A stretch of 64,000 nucleotides of DNA from Epithemia pelagica. Its lineage: Eukaryota > Protista > Bacillariophyta. The notes under the pieces are model-generated. The model had not been told where the DNA came from. It searched no databases and saw only the letters and a program-made list of their open reading frames with translations. The stretch is from positions 5,828,001 to 5,892,000 of the forward strand of contig OX337229.1 in assembly GCA_946965045.2 (NCBI GenBank), read 5' to 3'. Both the position numbers and the translations under genes were made by a program. Below, piece by piece: positions 20,369-34,100 of the stretch (within the stretch, counting starts at the first letter, position 1; every line of letters starts with the position of its first letter).

Positions 20369-22699
20369 TCAAACAATGCGGATTCCTTCATATGAGTGAT
20401 GTTGTTGTTCTTGTTGTTGTTCTTCGTGGCCCCAACACAGTGCAAACGAGGAGGAGGAGGATGACGAAGAGGGATCCGTCGTGTCATTCCACCACGACGT
20501 TCCCGCCAAGGATGTCATATCGTCCAAAGGCGGACGACTGCTACGAGATGAGGGATAGCATGCTTGAAGGAAATCGTGCAATGCATGATTCGAATGGTCC
20601 GGACTTGTTGTGGCTGTGGAAGCAAAGGGTTCGAATTCAATCACCATTTCTTCCGTGTCGTGATCATCATGGGTATGGTCGTCAAACTCTGAATAGCTCG
20701 GAGCACAATGGTCTTCGTCATTCTCCTCTCCTGATTGTTCTTCTTCCTCCTCCTCCTCATCTGGAGAGACTGCACCTTCATGCACTGATGGATGCACAGG
20801 ATCCTCTTGTTCCTCGTTTGGTTCAGCCCCTGTTGGTGGATGGAGTGCCTGCCAAGGGTCCACTTTATTATTGTCTTGGTCCATGTGGTTGTCGTCCTCA
20901 TCTTTGTCGGGAAAGCCCGTTGGTCCCTGTCGTGACTGCCAAGGATGGTCCTCTTGGAGGAGATTGTCGTCCATATCGTCGGCATAGTCCCCAGATGGAC
21001 CATGCAATTCATGCAAATTCACAAGGGGATCGGCCGTCGCTTCGGGCTGTGTCATGGACCGTGTCGCGTGACTGGCAGCACCACCAGCAGCTGGTCTTGA
21101 CAAAAAGGAAGACGACGACGAGGAGGAGGAGCATGACGAGGAAGTCCAGGACGGAGCCACGGACCATGCTCCTGCACTCTTGTTATGATGCCTGGTGTGC
21201 GACTTGTGGTGACGGCTCGTACTGTCCCACACGGACCGGACCGAACTGCCATCTTGGACAAACAAGGAAGACTTCTCCTTGCCTCGCGACTTCCAAAACG
21301 ACGACGATGATGTGTTGTTGTTGCTGCTGTTGTTTGTGTGAGACGGGGAGGAGACAAGTGTATTTTGCCGATCCAGCGGTTGCAAGGAATACGACAAGGA
21401 CGACGACGATGACGACGCCAAGGGAGGGGGAAGAATGGCACTGCTACTCTTGTGATTGTGATGCTGTTGTTGCCACGAAACAGCCGTGGTGGTCGATGCC
21501 GTCTTGGGAGCACCACTATTCGTACGGTCCCTGGTATTCTTTGTGGTTGTCGTAGTATTGCCTTGACGACGTTGGCGTCGACGACAAGGGCGACAAGAGA
21601 GAACGGACGACGGCCCTTGTGAAATCACCCGACGGACCATGACCAGCATCAAGAGTGCCGTTCCCAGGATTGCTACCACGACCAACATGGCTCGTGGTCC
21701 CTCGGGACGACGCGACAATCGTGACAGCCACACGTTTTCTTTGTCGTGTGTCGACTCGTCATGACTCTGGTTGGGAAAGGAAAAGGACCAAGTGGAATCA
21801 TTCTCATGGTCGTCGTCCCACAAGGATTCGGTCGGTATCGACGGTGCTGGGGTGGTTGCACGGCCCGTTGGGGCCATGGTTGTTGGCAAAGTCGTTGGGG
21901 GTGTCGTTGGTAAAAGGGCGGTATGACTAGTAGAGGGAACCAGCGTTGCAGTAGGACTGTCCAACGGACTGGTAGGAGCAATGAGGGCAGTGCTCGTAGT
22001 AATGGTGGTGGGAGACAAAGTGGGTGTTGGTGTTATTGGGACTGGCACGATGGTACTGGTGGTCGGGGCAAGTGTGGGAGTTGGAGCCGATGACGACGAG
22101 GAGTTTTCCCAAAAGGAACTCCATGGCTCGTCCATCATGTCTGCACCTGGCGCTGTGGAGGGTGCGGTGGCATCCGGATCCTCCAAATCGTCGTCCACTG
22201 GTTCTGGCAAGTCTTTTTCGTTGTTGTTGGTGTTGGAGGTGGCCGATGGTGTTGATGGTGGACGGAGACAATACCAATCGGCTTCAGGAGCACCATTCCA
22301 ATCGGGAGTTAACCAGAGAGCATATTCCGACCCGGAACCGGCATAATAAAAGGGATTGCAGCGATTGGGACAAGTCGATCCCACTCCAGCCGTCCGATCC
22401 GACGAATAGGTTCCCGACGGACAGGGATATCGTTCATCATCTCCATCCGGACTGTAATACCCTTTTCCCACCATGATACAAAACGACGACTCATGAGGAG
22501 GATGCGTGGACGAAGAAGAAGAAGTAGGAGAATCGGGACGATACCATCCCGCCGAACAAGCGCCGCTTGCGGCAGATGTGCTGCTGCTGCTTTCCAGAGA
22601 CCGTGTGACGCTTGTGATACTACTTGTCGTTGTTGTTGGTGGTGTGGTTTTGGTCGCAAGGGTAGTGCCTCGCAATCGAATGGAGGAGGAGAGAATCAT
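20369..22699 (-). CDS. Cys-rich (GCC2/GCC3, ephrin-receptor-like repeat) single-pass membrane protein with Thr/Pro stalk and long Ser-rich, acidic tail
   Basis: CSAGWYRP, GKGYYSPDGDDERYPCPSGTYS, CNPFYYAGSGSEYALWLTP, TM segment AMLVVVAILGTALLMLVMV; paralog at 37179..38573. Confidence 0.7.
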   Translation of the reverse strand: MILSSSIRLRGTTLATKTTPPTTTTSSITSVTRSLESSSSTSAASGACSAGWYRPDSPTSSSSSTHPPHESSFCIMVGKGYYSPDGDDERYPCPSGTYSSDRTAGVGSTCPNRCNPFYYAGSGSEYALWLTPDWNGAPEADWYCLRPPSTPSATSNTNNNEKDLPEPVDDDLEDPDATAPSTAPGADMMDEPWSSFWENSSSSSAPTPTLAPTTSTIVPVPITPTPTLSPTTITTSTALIAPTSPLDSPTATLVPSTSHTALLPTTPPTTLPTTMAPTGRATTPAPSIPTESLWDDDHENDSTWSFSFPNQSHDESTHDKENVWLSRLSRRPEGPRAMLVVVAILGTALLMLVMVRRVISQGPSSVLSCRPCRRRQRRQGNTTTTTKNTRDRTNSGAPKTASTTTAVSWQQQHHNHKSSSAILPPPLASSSSSSLSYSLQPLDRQNTLVSSPSHTNNSSNNNTSSSSFWKSRGKEKSSLFVQDGSSVRSVWDSTSRHHKSHTRHHNKSAGAWSVAPSWTSSSCSSSSSSSSFLSRPAAGGAASHATRSMTQPEATADPLVNLHELHGPSGDYADDMDDNLLQEDHPWQSRQGPTGFPDKDEDDNHMDQDNNKVDPWQALHPPTGAEPNEEQEDPVHPSVHEGAVSPDEEEEEEEQSGEENDEDHCAPSYSEFDDHTHDDHDTEEMVIEFEPFASTATTSPDHSNHALHDFLQACYPSSRSSRPPLDDMTSLAGTSWWNDTTDPSSSSSSSSFALCWGHEEQQQEQQHHSYEGIRIV

Positions 22700-23959
22700 G
22701 GTTGTTTTCTGTTGGAGAGAGAGGTTGCGGTTGTTCCGATCGTCGTGTGGTGTGCGAAAAAGAACAAGGTTTTGGTGGTTGGTGTTGATGAGTATGTATA
22801 GTTGTTCCAGTGTCTGTTTTTATGAGAGCAAGGTTGGACAAACAAGATACCAAAAGAAATTTACCACAAACACAACAAAAAACCAACCTTGGCCAAGAAT
22901 GGTCGGGTTTTGCAACACTGGTTGAGGTTTTTTTGTTGTGGTTGTTGGATTCAGAGCTCATCTTGACAGTAGGACTTGCGAGTTCCTTTCCTTTTGGTCC
23001 CATGGTTTGCCATCCAGAGACCGGTTGTGTGTGTGAATGAGAGATGAGTTGTGTGCAACCATGGAGGTGCGCTGATGGTTGCCACATGATCGACCTCCCT
23101 CTCCCTGCAGCTTTTCCAGACTGGATCTCGCAATCCACAGACACACCGTCTCTCATAGAACACAGCGGATGTGCCTCCAACCCTGCTGCTGTCATTGAAT
23201 CGTCCAGTCTGCTGTTGCTTTCATGGTTATTATCGTTCTGTTCCAAGTCGTTCCGTGATGTCATTGTCATCGATCCGTTGGTGTGTCTGTAAAGCGACCG
23301 AACGCGACCTGAAAGAGAATACCAGTCGTTACTGGGTCGCTCTTAATAGGTTATGATGTACGTGCGTCACCGACCATCGAAAAGGATTCCGAATCGAAAT
23401 GGATTCGAAAAGTGACTGCGACATGTCTTGAGTACAAGAAACTGTATACCCGTTTAAAGGAGACAGTGAATCGTTGTACTTGAGACGGCAATCTTTTCGG
23501 CCTCGTGTCGACCAACCAAACGCCGAGAGGAGCAACAGCAACTGCCAACAGCTGGATCTGAAAAAGACACGGCCATCACAAAACGATCCCCATCAACGAT
23601 CGAGACGATTGGAACAACAGCAAGTCATCAAGAAGAAGTCAATACTACATAGTATAGAACAAGGTCAAAAGGGTACACCCGAAGCATCCATCCGTCGTGT
23701 TTCCAAAACGAGAATCACACGAAATCAAAAGTACAAAAGCCAATTGAGACAAGGAAGAAAGGAACGAAGACGAGCCAAAGATACGCGCCCCCTTTTCCAA
23801 ACGACGCAAAAAAGAAGAAGCAACCGTGCGTGCTTGAGTCATTGCATTTCGACTGGAGCGTCGTTTCGTGTCAACACGCAATCACTATTGCGCAAGAGGA
23901 GTAACTAGGAATCCACAAACGAGAATCTCCAGCATTTCTGAAATTCCGACCAAAAAAGC

Positions 23960-26900
23960 ATGAGTCGTCTTCTTCCACTGTCACCACTATGGTGGAAGAT
24001 GATGCTTGGTTGCGTAATGTGGTATGGTGCAACATCAGCTTTTGTGTTACCCAACCATTTGCTGCTTCCCTTTCATTCCATTAAACACACCTTGCATTCG
24101 CGAAACCTGAAACAAAATGTGGCCTTCCAACAACAATCTATCTTGGTATTGCACGGTTCCTTGGATCCCAACGATCCAACGTCCTCCGCTGCCGATGCTG
24201 CCTCTTCCTTGGCTTCCTTGTTGTCTTCGGCGGCGACGGAAAGTCCCGAAACGGCGGCCGCTGCGGCGGCTGCCGCCGGAGCCGCGGCGGCGGCGACCGG
24301 TGGCATTCCCTCGTTGCCGCTCTTGATTGCCCCCGCCCTGGCCTGGTTGGCTGGTCAAGAAGCCGTCCGACGCAAACAAGCCTTGACGTCCCAAGAAAGT
24401 ATAACCGAACAAGAATTGAATCAAATTCGACAAGACTTGCAAACGACCGAAACCGCCATTGTGGTACGTCTCGAGTAGTGTTTGTCCTGTAGTTTCAGTC
24501 CTATCGTGTTGTGCTTGGTGTTGATCGAGTACCAGAGTGTGTGACCTTTTCTCACATACATATTTCTCGTGTTTTCTTTGTTCCTTGGTGGTGGCACACG
24601 TGTTTTGATACTTGTTCCAATGAAAATACCCTGTTTGTGGACATTGTGTCGTTGCGATTCTCTTTGCACACTTGGTTTTGTGGCGTTGGCTTGGCTTGTG
24701 CCATGTTCGTCGCTGGGGCATGTTTCTTGGATGACTTTTTTTCGCATGTTTCGTTTCGTTGTTCGTCGGATTGAACTGTGGATGGAATTCTCCTGATCCA
24801 CACTCTTTTTCTCGTTTCGCCCTTGCGTACCATCTCTCCACCATTCACACAACCATCCAACGATCCCATTATTCTCCTGTTTTCCGATCGTTCCGCCCTC
24901 TTTTTCTCGTTTCCCCCCTGTGTACCATTCACACAATCATCCTACTATTCCACAATGACCACTACTTGATTATGATTGTCACAGGCATCCTTTGGTGCTG
25001 CCGCCTTTTCTTCCGTTGTTTCGTTATCCGTCTTGTTTGGAGGGTTGAATGGTCCCAGTACCACCACAACGTCCACGACAACAACGACTCCTACCGAAGG
25101 TCTTACCACAGCGCAACAACGACGAGCCGAACGAGTGGCGGCTGCTGCGGCCAAACGACAAGAACGATTGGCCGCCAAACAAACAGCCGCTACGACGACG
25201 ACTACGACAACGTCGGAAGTACCCGTCGAACCGTCTCCGTACGATCGACTCGTGGCCAAATTGCAACAACCTCCCAAACCGGCTCCCGTCACGACCCCAC
25301 CCGTCGAACCGGCCGGAGGAGACTTTTCCAGTACCCTGGAACCCGTGACTACTCCCGAAGCGGCGGTACCAGCACCATCGTCGTCCTTTATGGATACACT
25401 CATGTCCAAGATTGAAACGGCCGCACCACCCGAACAAGCGACCAAGCAAGCCGAAGAAGAAGCAGCCGCGGCGAAAAAGGCTGCCGAAGAGGCCGCTGCG
25501 AAGAAAGCCGCAGAGGAAGCCGCAGCGAAAAAGGCTGCTGAAGAAGCGGCTGCCAAGAAAGCCGCTGAAGAAGCCGCAGCGAAAAAGGCTGCTGAAGAAG
25601 CCGCTGCCAAGAAAGCCGCTGAAGAAGCCGCAGCGAAAAAAGCAGCAGAAGAAGCGGCTGCCAAGAAAGCAGCAGAAGAAGCCGCAGCGAAAAAAGCAGC
25701 AGAGGAAGCTGCTGCCAAGAAAGCTGCAGAAGAAGCTGCTGCCAAAAAAGCTAGAGAGGAAGCTGCTGCCAAAAAAGCCAGAGAAGAAGCAGCTGCCAAA
25801 AAGGCTAGAGAAGAGGCTGCGGCCAAAAAAGCCGCTGAAGAAGCTGCTGCCAAAAAAGCAGCAGAGGAAGCGGCTGCCAAAAAGGCCGCTGAAGAAGCTG
25901 CTGCCAAAAAAGCAGCAGAGGAAGCGGCTGCCAAAAAGGCCGCTGAAGAAGCTGCTGCCAAAAAAGCAGCAGAGGAAGCTGCAGCCAAAAAAGCCGCTGA
26001 AGAAGCTGCTGCCAAAAAAGCCGCTGAAGAGGCTGCTGCCAAAAAAGCCGCTGAAGAGGCCGCAGCGAAAAAAGCCGCTGAAGAGGCCGCAGCGAAAAAA
26101 GCAGCAGAAGAGGTTGCTCCTGTCGAAGCTGCGAAACCGGAGTCTTCCCCGCTCATGGAAGCAATGGAGGATCTTTTTGGCGGCGAGAACGGAGATGGGC
26201 TTGTCATTCCCGCCCTCAAGTCAGCCCCTACGGCATTGGCGTATTTGTTGTCTCAGGAAAATACTCTCGTCACGGCCGCAGCCGGTGTGGCGGCGCTCGG
26301 GTTTTTTGCAGCCCTTGTGGCAGCCGGGGATGATGACGATAAGGATGGCGGGGGAGCGAAGAAGCCCAAACGCACCTTTCCAATGTACAAACAAAAGCCG
26401 GATCCACCCAGCAAGGCTGGATCCTACTTGGACAACTTGTCAGGTGGATCCTCGTCGTCTACTAGTGGAAGCAAGACTTCGCCATCCTCTTATATCGATC
26501 AATTGTCTGGAGGCAAGCCCGCCAAAGTCAAAGAATCGTCTCTCTTTAAGAAAGATGTTTCTCAGATACAAAAGAACAAGAAACCAGCAGCAATGAGCTA
26601 TCTGGATCTCTTGAACACGAGAACTATGGAGCCTCCTCCACCTTCCACAAGTCCCCCTGTGGCCCGTGGTGCGGCTCAGAAGCCACCGCCTGTCGTTCCT
26701 CCTCCGCCCCCTCCCAAATCGCCACCTCCTGCCCCGAAGCTCCAAGTTGTTGAAACCCAATCGCCTCCTGTTGGAAGCAAGGCACCACCATCCACTGGAA
26801 CTCAACCGCCTCCTTCTACAAGTGAAATCAAGACATCGTCGTCCTCCTACGTCGATCTGTTGTCTGGAGGAAAACCTGCCAAAGTCAAGGCTTCATCGCT

Positions 26901-27420
26901 TCCCAGGAAAGATTTTTCTCAGATTCAAAAGAACAAGAATCCGGCAGCAATGAGCTATTTGGATAACCTCAATACTGGAACAATGGGAGCTCCCCCACCT
27001 TCCACAAGTCCCCCAGTGGCCCGTGGAGCAACTCAGACTCCCCCTCCTGTTGTTCCTCCTTCACCTCCCAAATCGCCACCTCCCGCACCGAAATTCGAAA
27101 CCTCACCGCCTCCACCTCAAAAAGTGCAACCACCGGCTCCACCTCCGCAGGCGGTAGCTGCACCTCCTGTTCAGCCACCATCGACTGCGCCTGTGCCAGG
27201 GAATTATATAGACCAAATTTCTAAGCGAGTCTCCTTGTCGGACCGACCACCAAAGACAAAGTCATCGTCCCCAATGTCGAAGCCATTTGGTGGTTCTTAT
27301 CTTGATTCGTTGAACTCGCCTGCTGGCCCGCCAGTCAAGGAACATAGACCGCGAGAAGTTCCTTCTATTGATGAGTTGGACAGGCAACGGAAGGCCATCA
27401 TGAAAGGAGAGAACCAGTAA
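23960..27420 (+). CDS. Plastid-targeted membrane protein with AAAKKAAEE repeat rod and SYLD-type repeats; join(23960..24463,24985..27420)
   Basis: Signal peptide ending ATSAF (ASAF-like) plus transit-like region; intron GTACGT(24464)..CAG(24984) in phase 0; hydrophobic segments flank 24 AAAKKAAEE repeats; seven [SN]Y[LIV]DxL-type motifs in a Pro/Ser/Lys-rich tail. Confidence 0.75.
25465..26112 (+). repeat. 27-bp coding tandem repeat, 24 copies (AAAKKAAEE; three copies AAAKKAREE)
   Basis: 648 bp equals 24 x 27 bp; synonymous variation between units. Confidence 0.95.
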
Positions 27421-28191
27421 ACGAAACGCGGAAATTTCATGTGCAACGATGGATGTGAATGAAACATTAAAGTGTGACATGTAAACTTTTTGATGTATGT
27501 TGAAAGCAACAAACGGAGGGACAGATAGACTGTACGAGGCACGATGTGCACCAAGTCATTCCAACTGGATGAAGGAGTGGTTCCGAAAAAAAGAGCAACT
27601 GGACCGAAACAGCAGATGCAGGAAGACATTTTCGTTGTCTGCAAATGGCGAGAAACCAAAGGGACCCAGGACTGAACGCATGAGGCCGCCACTTTTACGA
27701 CATGGCTATAGTTATTTAGAAATACATATCGTCTCTTCCTTTGAAGTCTATCCTGTCATCAGTTTTCGAGTTTTGATCGTTTCTCCAGACCGGCCCTCTC
27801 GCTATCAAGTAGAGAACTTGTTGGCGGTATCGGAATGGACACTTGGTCGCTCCACAATACTCCACATCACTCGCATCCAAGCAGTGCGAAGTCTCGTTCG
27901 CGACTGTGGATACCGCTGAACAGGAGCTTGGTTTGCGACTGCGCGAGACTTTGCCAGCTCCATCTCTTTATGGAAAACATTGTACCTATCGTATGAAAAA
28001 GAAGCCCATCATCCATCATGCGTAACACTTCAATAGAGCAAATTGCACTGTGTAGACCTCCTCTAAGAGTACCGCTGAAACTCAGCTTCGGAATTTTTCA
28101 TTGTTTCGCCAAACCTACCCCTCTCCATAATCGCTAAACAGTAGACGCTCTACGGCTATGGTAGTTCTCAATAAACGCCTTGCTTATCTGG

Positions 28192-31100
28192 TTAGGATGA
28201 CATGGGTTTGATAAAGCCAAATCTCGCGTTGACCTCCACCCAAGGAAATACATGACGGTCCTTGGCACATTCAAACATTCCTTGTTTGGTGTCCTTTTCC
28301 GTCTTGAGGAATGCCACTTCGTCCGAGAGGGGTGACCAGTGGTGAGTTCGTTGAATGGAGGCTCCCCCCACATCGCATCGTTCCATAATGCGGCTGTTGC
28401 GGTTTCGGTGATAGACCGGGTGACCCACGGCGTCGTAGACATGGACTTGAGAGTCGTGTAGTTTCGACCCGCTTTGTTTGGTCAGGAGGTTCGTGATCAT
28501 TTCCAGGCATTCGGGAGTGGTATGAGGCTCAAGCACACCGCGGACGGTGCAAGTTGGCACGTGGGTCAAATGTTGAGCCTCCCGCCAAAAGGCGCGGCAA
28601 CCATCCGGTAGAAATCCTCGAGCACCACCCATGAACTTGTGAAAGTCAGCCGATCCTAAAAAGTCTGTTACGACTGCCAGGACGGTCGAGGCAAGCGCTC
28701 GACTTGCATACCCTTGTTGGTACTTGAAAAATTCCTCACACATGGTCATGAGACGCTCTGCTTTCTTTTCCGTGGCAGGCGCATGCACTGACCCGTTCGC
28801 CGCCGAGAATAAGAGTTGTCGTGACACAAGACCTTGAAGAAGCTTGCGCTGGGCGGGCGAACCAGAATTCATGATCGTTTCTGCCATGAGCGAATTGGGA
28901 CAACCTTGTGAGTAGCCAAGTAGACCGTACGGTTTTCCCATTGCCACGACATGCTCGACTGCTTGCTCAATTTTGTTGGCATTATATTGTAACGATCTTG
29001 CTGTTCCTGTGGCAGCTCGGACCGTAACAACCCCACGATGTCGTTCCAATCGTTCAAATGCGTCCTTGAGTTCCAATCCTCGCTCACCTTCTGTAATGAC
29101 TCCCATGGCACTCACAATTGCAAAGTTGTAGTGTACACCGGGAGGGTTTGGAATCAATAGGCGGACCAAAGGATCGTTGCGCAAACGCACGCGGTCCGAT
29201 TCAGAGTAGATCAAAGCGTCAATAATAGCATCGACAATCACCTGCTCATTTCGAAATTCAGGGGACATGAAAAGACCATCACCGGCAATAGTGCTGGTGT
29301 CCAGAGGTTTCCATTCGTCACTGTCGACACTATCAGAATCGAATGGATCATCCAGAGTTGCTACATCGATGGTATCCACCAGATCATTTTTCTGGTCAAT
29401 TTCTTCAGTGACAGGGGCACCTTCACCCTGTGAACCATTTCTCAGAGCTTGCATCCACAGCCGCACATTGTCAACGTTGTCGATTACGTTATCAAACACG
29501 GACTTGATCATGAGAGCGTCAAAGTTTCTTTGATAATACTCTCGAAACCATGGTAGCTGGAAAGCATATTTGTCCAACTCCAAAAGCTCAGCACAAGACG
29601 CAAACGACTTTCGATACGCATCCAGAGCTTGGCGATACTCATTGGTCGCCTTCATTTCATTTGGATCTCGGATCAGAGATTGCATGATGGCACGTCCGTA
29701 TTCATCAGCCTTTGCTATCCCTGTTTTGGCATCTTTCAATGTACTGGAATATCGAAGAGGATGATCATCGGTTGAAAAATTCGGCCCCATGGAAGGTTCG
29801 CCTAGTGGCCCAGGAATTGGCGCAGTCTCTTTATGGTGGCGAACGGATTGCAAATGGCAATTCAATGCCAGATACGTCTCTGCGTCATCAAGCACATTTT
29901 TGGCAACGGCATGAATTGCCTCATAGTAGCTTTGTCTTGCCCACCTTCCACCTGCCATGTAGTCGTCTCTTCGAGGAACCTTGAGACCAGGGAGCAACGA
30001 TTCCAATAGAGTATGCATGTCAATTTTGCTGCTGTCCGTGAAAGCCGTCTGATCGAGTTCCAGCAATGAAAGTAAGGCGGAGGTGAGACTCCAGGGCGAC
30101 GCTTCCCCACTGGGAGTACCAATTTCCGCGAGAACCGCCACTGCGAAAGACTTTGGCTGACTACAAATCAGATCTAAGAGCATCCGCTGATTCAATTGTA
30201 CAACCGTTGATGACTTCATCACCGAAGTGAGTCCTGATTGTAGCAATATGGCTACATCTCGAGGACCGAGTAGGGAGTCACCCAAAACATAGGACTCTGT
30301 TGGACGAGAGACCACTGCAGCCGGTGCTTCGTACTCAAGAACAATCTCGTCTCGCAAATCCTGGGAACGGAGCAGTGGAGCCGCTCGATGTGCCGGTCCC
30401 AGCGTAAAGTCCTCATGGATGATTTCTCCTCTACGATCACGGGAACCTCGAACCCTTCGTTTTCGTAAACGAAAGGAACGATCTTTTCGAGATGTTGCCC
30501 CAGATACCGAATCAGATGTGGTTGTTTTCCGCGTCTGAGACACTCTCAAACTTTGCTTTGTAGCTTCTCCAAGAAACACTGAAACAAGAAAGCTTTGCGG
30601 TAAAAACGAAAATCCACCATAGCTTTCCGCAATCTCCAAGACCTTTCTCTTGATCGAAAACACATATCTGAGCCTTCGCAAATCCGCTTGTTGCCAATCG
30701 GACGGCGACCGTGCATCCAATAAGAATTCAATCTGACGAAATGAGAGATAAGGCGCTAATCTCCCAACCAGATTAGAGAAACTAGGGTCAAGGGGAAATT
30801 GAGGGTTTTGCAGAATGGTTCGATAAAGCTGCCCTGCGCTTGGTATATCGCGTAACTTTTTTGCATAGTGTTCCACTTCCACCAATGGAGTAACATCTTG
30901 TCCCTCAAAGTTTGGAGGAACCGACATGGGCTGAACTATAAGCGCCACCCAACGAAGCGCACGGTCCAATAGAGGCGCCCAGTCCTGAAAAAGCAAGAAA
31001 AGGTGAGAAAGCATCCCGGAAACACGAAAGTGTGCAATGAACTTACATCGAAGTTTGTCAGATACCGTCTCAGAATATCTTTCACTGCGACAACATCAAG

Positions 31101-34100
31101 TCCATCGCCTTCGATGACACGACGAAACAGCGGAAATATGGTGTCCACTTCCTTGGTATCTTCTGTAAGAAAGAGAGATAGTAGCCTTGTCATTTTGTAC
31201 CTAAAGCACGAATGAAAATTGGACATGTTAGCGATCTCGTTCAGTTCTCTCTCGATTTCATTGCGCAAGACGTACATGGGAACAGCATGTCCAGGATCAG
31301 ACACTCCCTCCGCGTCCAGAATCTCCTTTGCACGCCATACTTGTTGTAGAAGGTATTTCAAGATACCATGCAGCTCCTCGCTTATGATCTTGACCACCTG
31401 AAGACACTTTTGCATGGTTCTGTGGTCATGTAGTACATCAAAGATTCTCTGGACCGAGCTCTCATCAGGAGAAACCAATGCATTGAAAAACTTCCAATCA
31501 TAAAGACCTAGGACGAAAGCTTTTGAGAAACATGGAAAACCGATAACATCGCATATCCGTCTTTCATGTGTCTTACCTTCCTTCTGATCTCTCGAAGTGA
31601 CAGCTTTCTTCACTTCAATTCCTCCCACAGATGAAACTTGCAAGGAGAATCGACCTTGACGGAGGGGCCCGATAAGCACTGAGACCTGTTGTTTGTTCTC
31701 GGGCAGCGTGTCTTCCGGAGATTCCCCAACCGGCGCGACTTGCAAAATGGGAGATAAACCCTGAAAATCCCAACCCAACTCGCAAAGCGTCTTACCCTCA
31801 AACCCCATATCCACCACACTCTCAATCACGGACACCACAAAGGCAGTTTCTGCTGGAAGGATGATTCGGCGGTGACCCAAGACTGCAGAATATTCTCTCA
31901 TCTTTACTGACAAGTTAGTACCGGAAAAGTCAATCTCATAAGCTTCTAACGGGTTGAATATATTGGGCCCTGCCATGTCCATTTTTACCGTTGTGGCTGC
32001 TTGTGGTCGGAGATGCGATTTGATCCTCCCATTGATAGACCCCGATTGGTTCGTCCGAAACATAGTTCCATCAAACACCTCCAGTTCGGGAAATTCTTTG
32101 ACCGCCCCTTCCGTTCGAAGATTGAATAAGGCAACCTCAAAGTCACTCACAACCAAAACTCCTTCCGAGACCGCTGGCAAGTCGTCATCAACGTCGTCTC
32201 CATCATCGTATTCTCCGGCGGGTATCTTGTCAATTCCACCCAAGAAATTAATCATCATACGTCCCCCTTCCAATTCCGGTACCAGTAGGGTTTGTCCATC
32301 GTCCGAATATGAATTGCTCTCTGGAGGAATAAAAATATGTTGCACACCACATGTGAAATCGACTGCAGGCAAGTGTCGTAAGATATTGCGCTTCCGTTTC
32401 CGTTCCATGGGATCCAGAATCGCATCATCGCGAGCCGTGGTGGACCCAAAGGCGTAGATTGTTTCGAGAATGGCTGTGAGGGCCATTCCACCTTTGAGCA
32501 ACGGGTGACTTGCTTCGGCAGACACGGTCACCGAGTCCAGCTTACTATCCTGTGAAACTTCCATAGCATAGTCGTATTGAAGCATCTGGCAAGAAAAGAG
32601 CATGAAGGTAACAGGTTAGACACGGGATGTATTGCACGATTCACCCGCTATAATAACCCAATCAACTTGACTGCTTACCCGTAAATGATGATGAAAGGAG
32701 GTAGTTTCCTCTGGAAAGAGTAAAATAGCCGCCACAGATGGCGAATCGCTAACATCGAGGGCCCCCGTCGATGTATAACGCATGGGCTCGCTTGGAAGAG
32801 CCGAAGGATGTGTGGTTCCGGATACAGACGCGGCCGCAGCCGCCGAGGCAGCAGCCACGGAAGAAGAAGCATTGACACGTTTGTTGAACCATCGATTGGT
32901 CAAGGACGACGACGATGATACGGGTCGCATCATGGGGCGTCGTGGTGGCGTGCTGGATCGGGACGAGGATTTGGCTGAAAGCTTGCGCAAGGGAGTCGTG
33001 CTGGAACCGCCACCAGCCGCGGTTGGTGCAGGATTCGTCGTGGTGGTTTCCGCCATGCGACGGGCCGCTAATTCCGCCGATCCCAATTTCCAAATGGCAA
33101 AACTTCCATTGGTGGAAATGAAACTGTCCTTGTGCGGTGCTGCCACACGGTTCGCCATTGTGTTGGACGCTGGTCCTGGAGCTGGTGCTATATGGAGCGG
33201 CTCTGGTTGTCGTTTTTGCGAAATGCAAAATTTGAGCAAATGAAAGGTCAATTTGTCGTGGCTACACGATCCCTTGGCCTTGAATTCGACCAACCAAGGT
33301 ATTTGTCGATTCGCATTGTACAAAATGGGCGACGACGAGGAAGATTTGAACTTGCGTGATGCTGCATCGGTATTTTTGTTCTTGTTGTTGTTTGTAGCAT
33401 TGTTGTTGAGTTTGGAGGATTGTGTGGACCACGACGAGAGAGAGGATAGAGAGGATCGTCGTTGTCGATCTTGTTTGTGTTGCTGTTGTTCTTGAGAAGG
33501 AGGAGGAGGTACATCGGGTCTTCGATCATCTGAGAGAATGGGATTCGAGTCTTCCGTCTGTTGGTGGCGATGCAGTCCGTGTGGGAGAGGCATGGACGAA
33601 GATCGACCCGGTACATCGGACCGGTGGTGTTTGTGTGGTGCCTTGTTGTTCTCCACAGAACTTCGACTTCGGTTGGGATGACGTGTCGTCTTGGTCTTTG
33701 CGTTGGTTTGGCTATCATTGTGATGGTGACGGTGTGCTTTCTTCTTATTCTTCTTTTTTGGTTTCTGGTCCATAGTGTCATTGTCGTCGTCGTGGTCTTC
33801 CTCATCCGGATCCTCACGGTCTTGGTGGGGATACCGTCCGGTCGGATTCCGTCCCAATCCCAATTCGACCGCCACAGCCAGTCCCCCGGGTAGGGTGACA
33901 TCCACTTCCATGGCTGGTGGTGTGGCCAACAATTGCCATTCCATCGTCCATCGATCGACGGGTTCCAAGGCGGCCAGGACTAATTTTTCTTGAGCAATCT
34001 TGTGACGTTTGAGTTTGGCCGAAGCAAAGGGTTGCAAGGTCAAGAGGGACTCGAGCAGTGCATGTGGACGAGGAATGATAAAACTGGGCAAGACAATGCT

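Noticed and set aside
20254-21555. 433-aa + strand ORF
   Set aside because: Antisense to the GCC-like membrane protein, low complexity
23474-23908. Lys/Arg-rich 144-aa ORF
   Set aside because: No motif support and it does not start at ATG; cannot be called a gene
24945-26596. ORFs 24945..26219 (-) and 25412..26596 (+)
   Set aside because: Alternative frames of the AAAKKAAEE repeat
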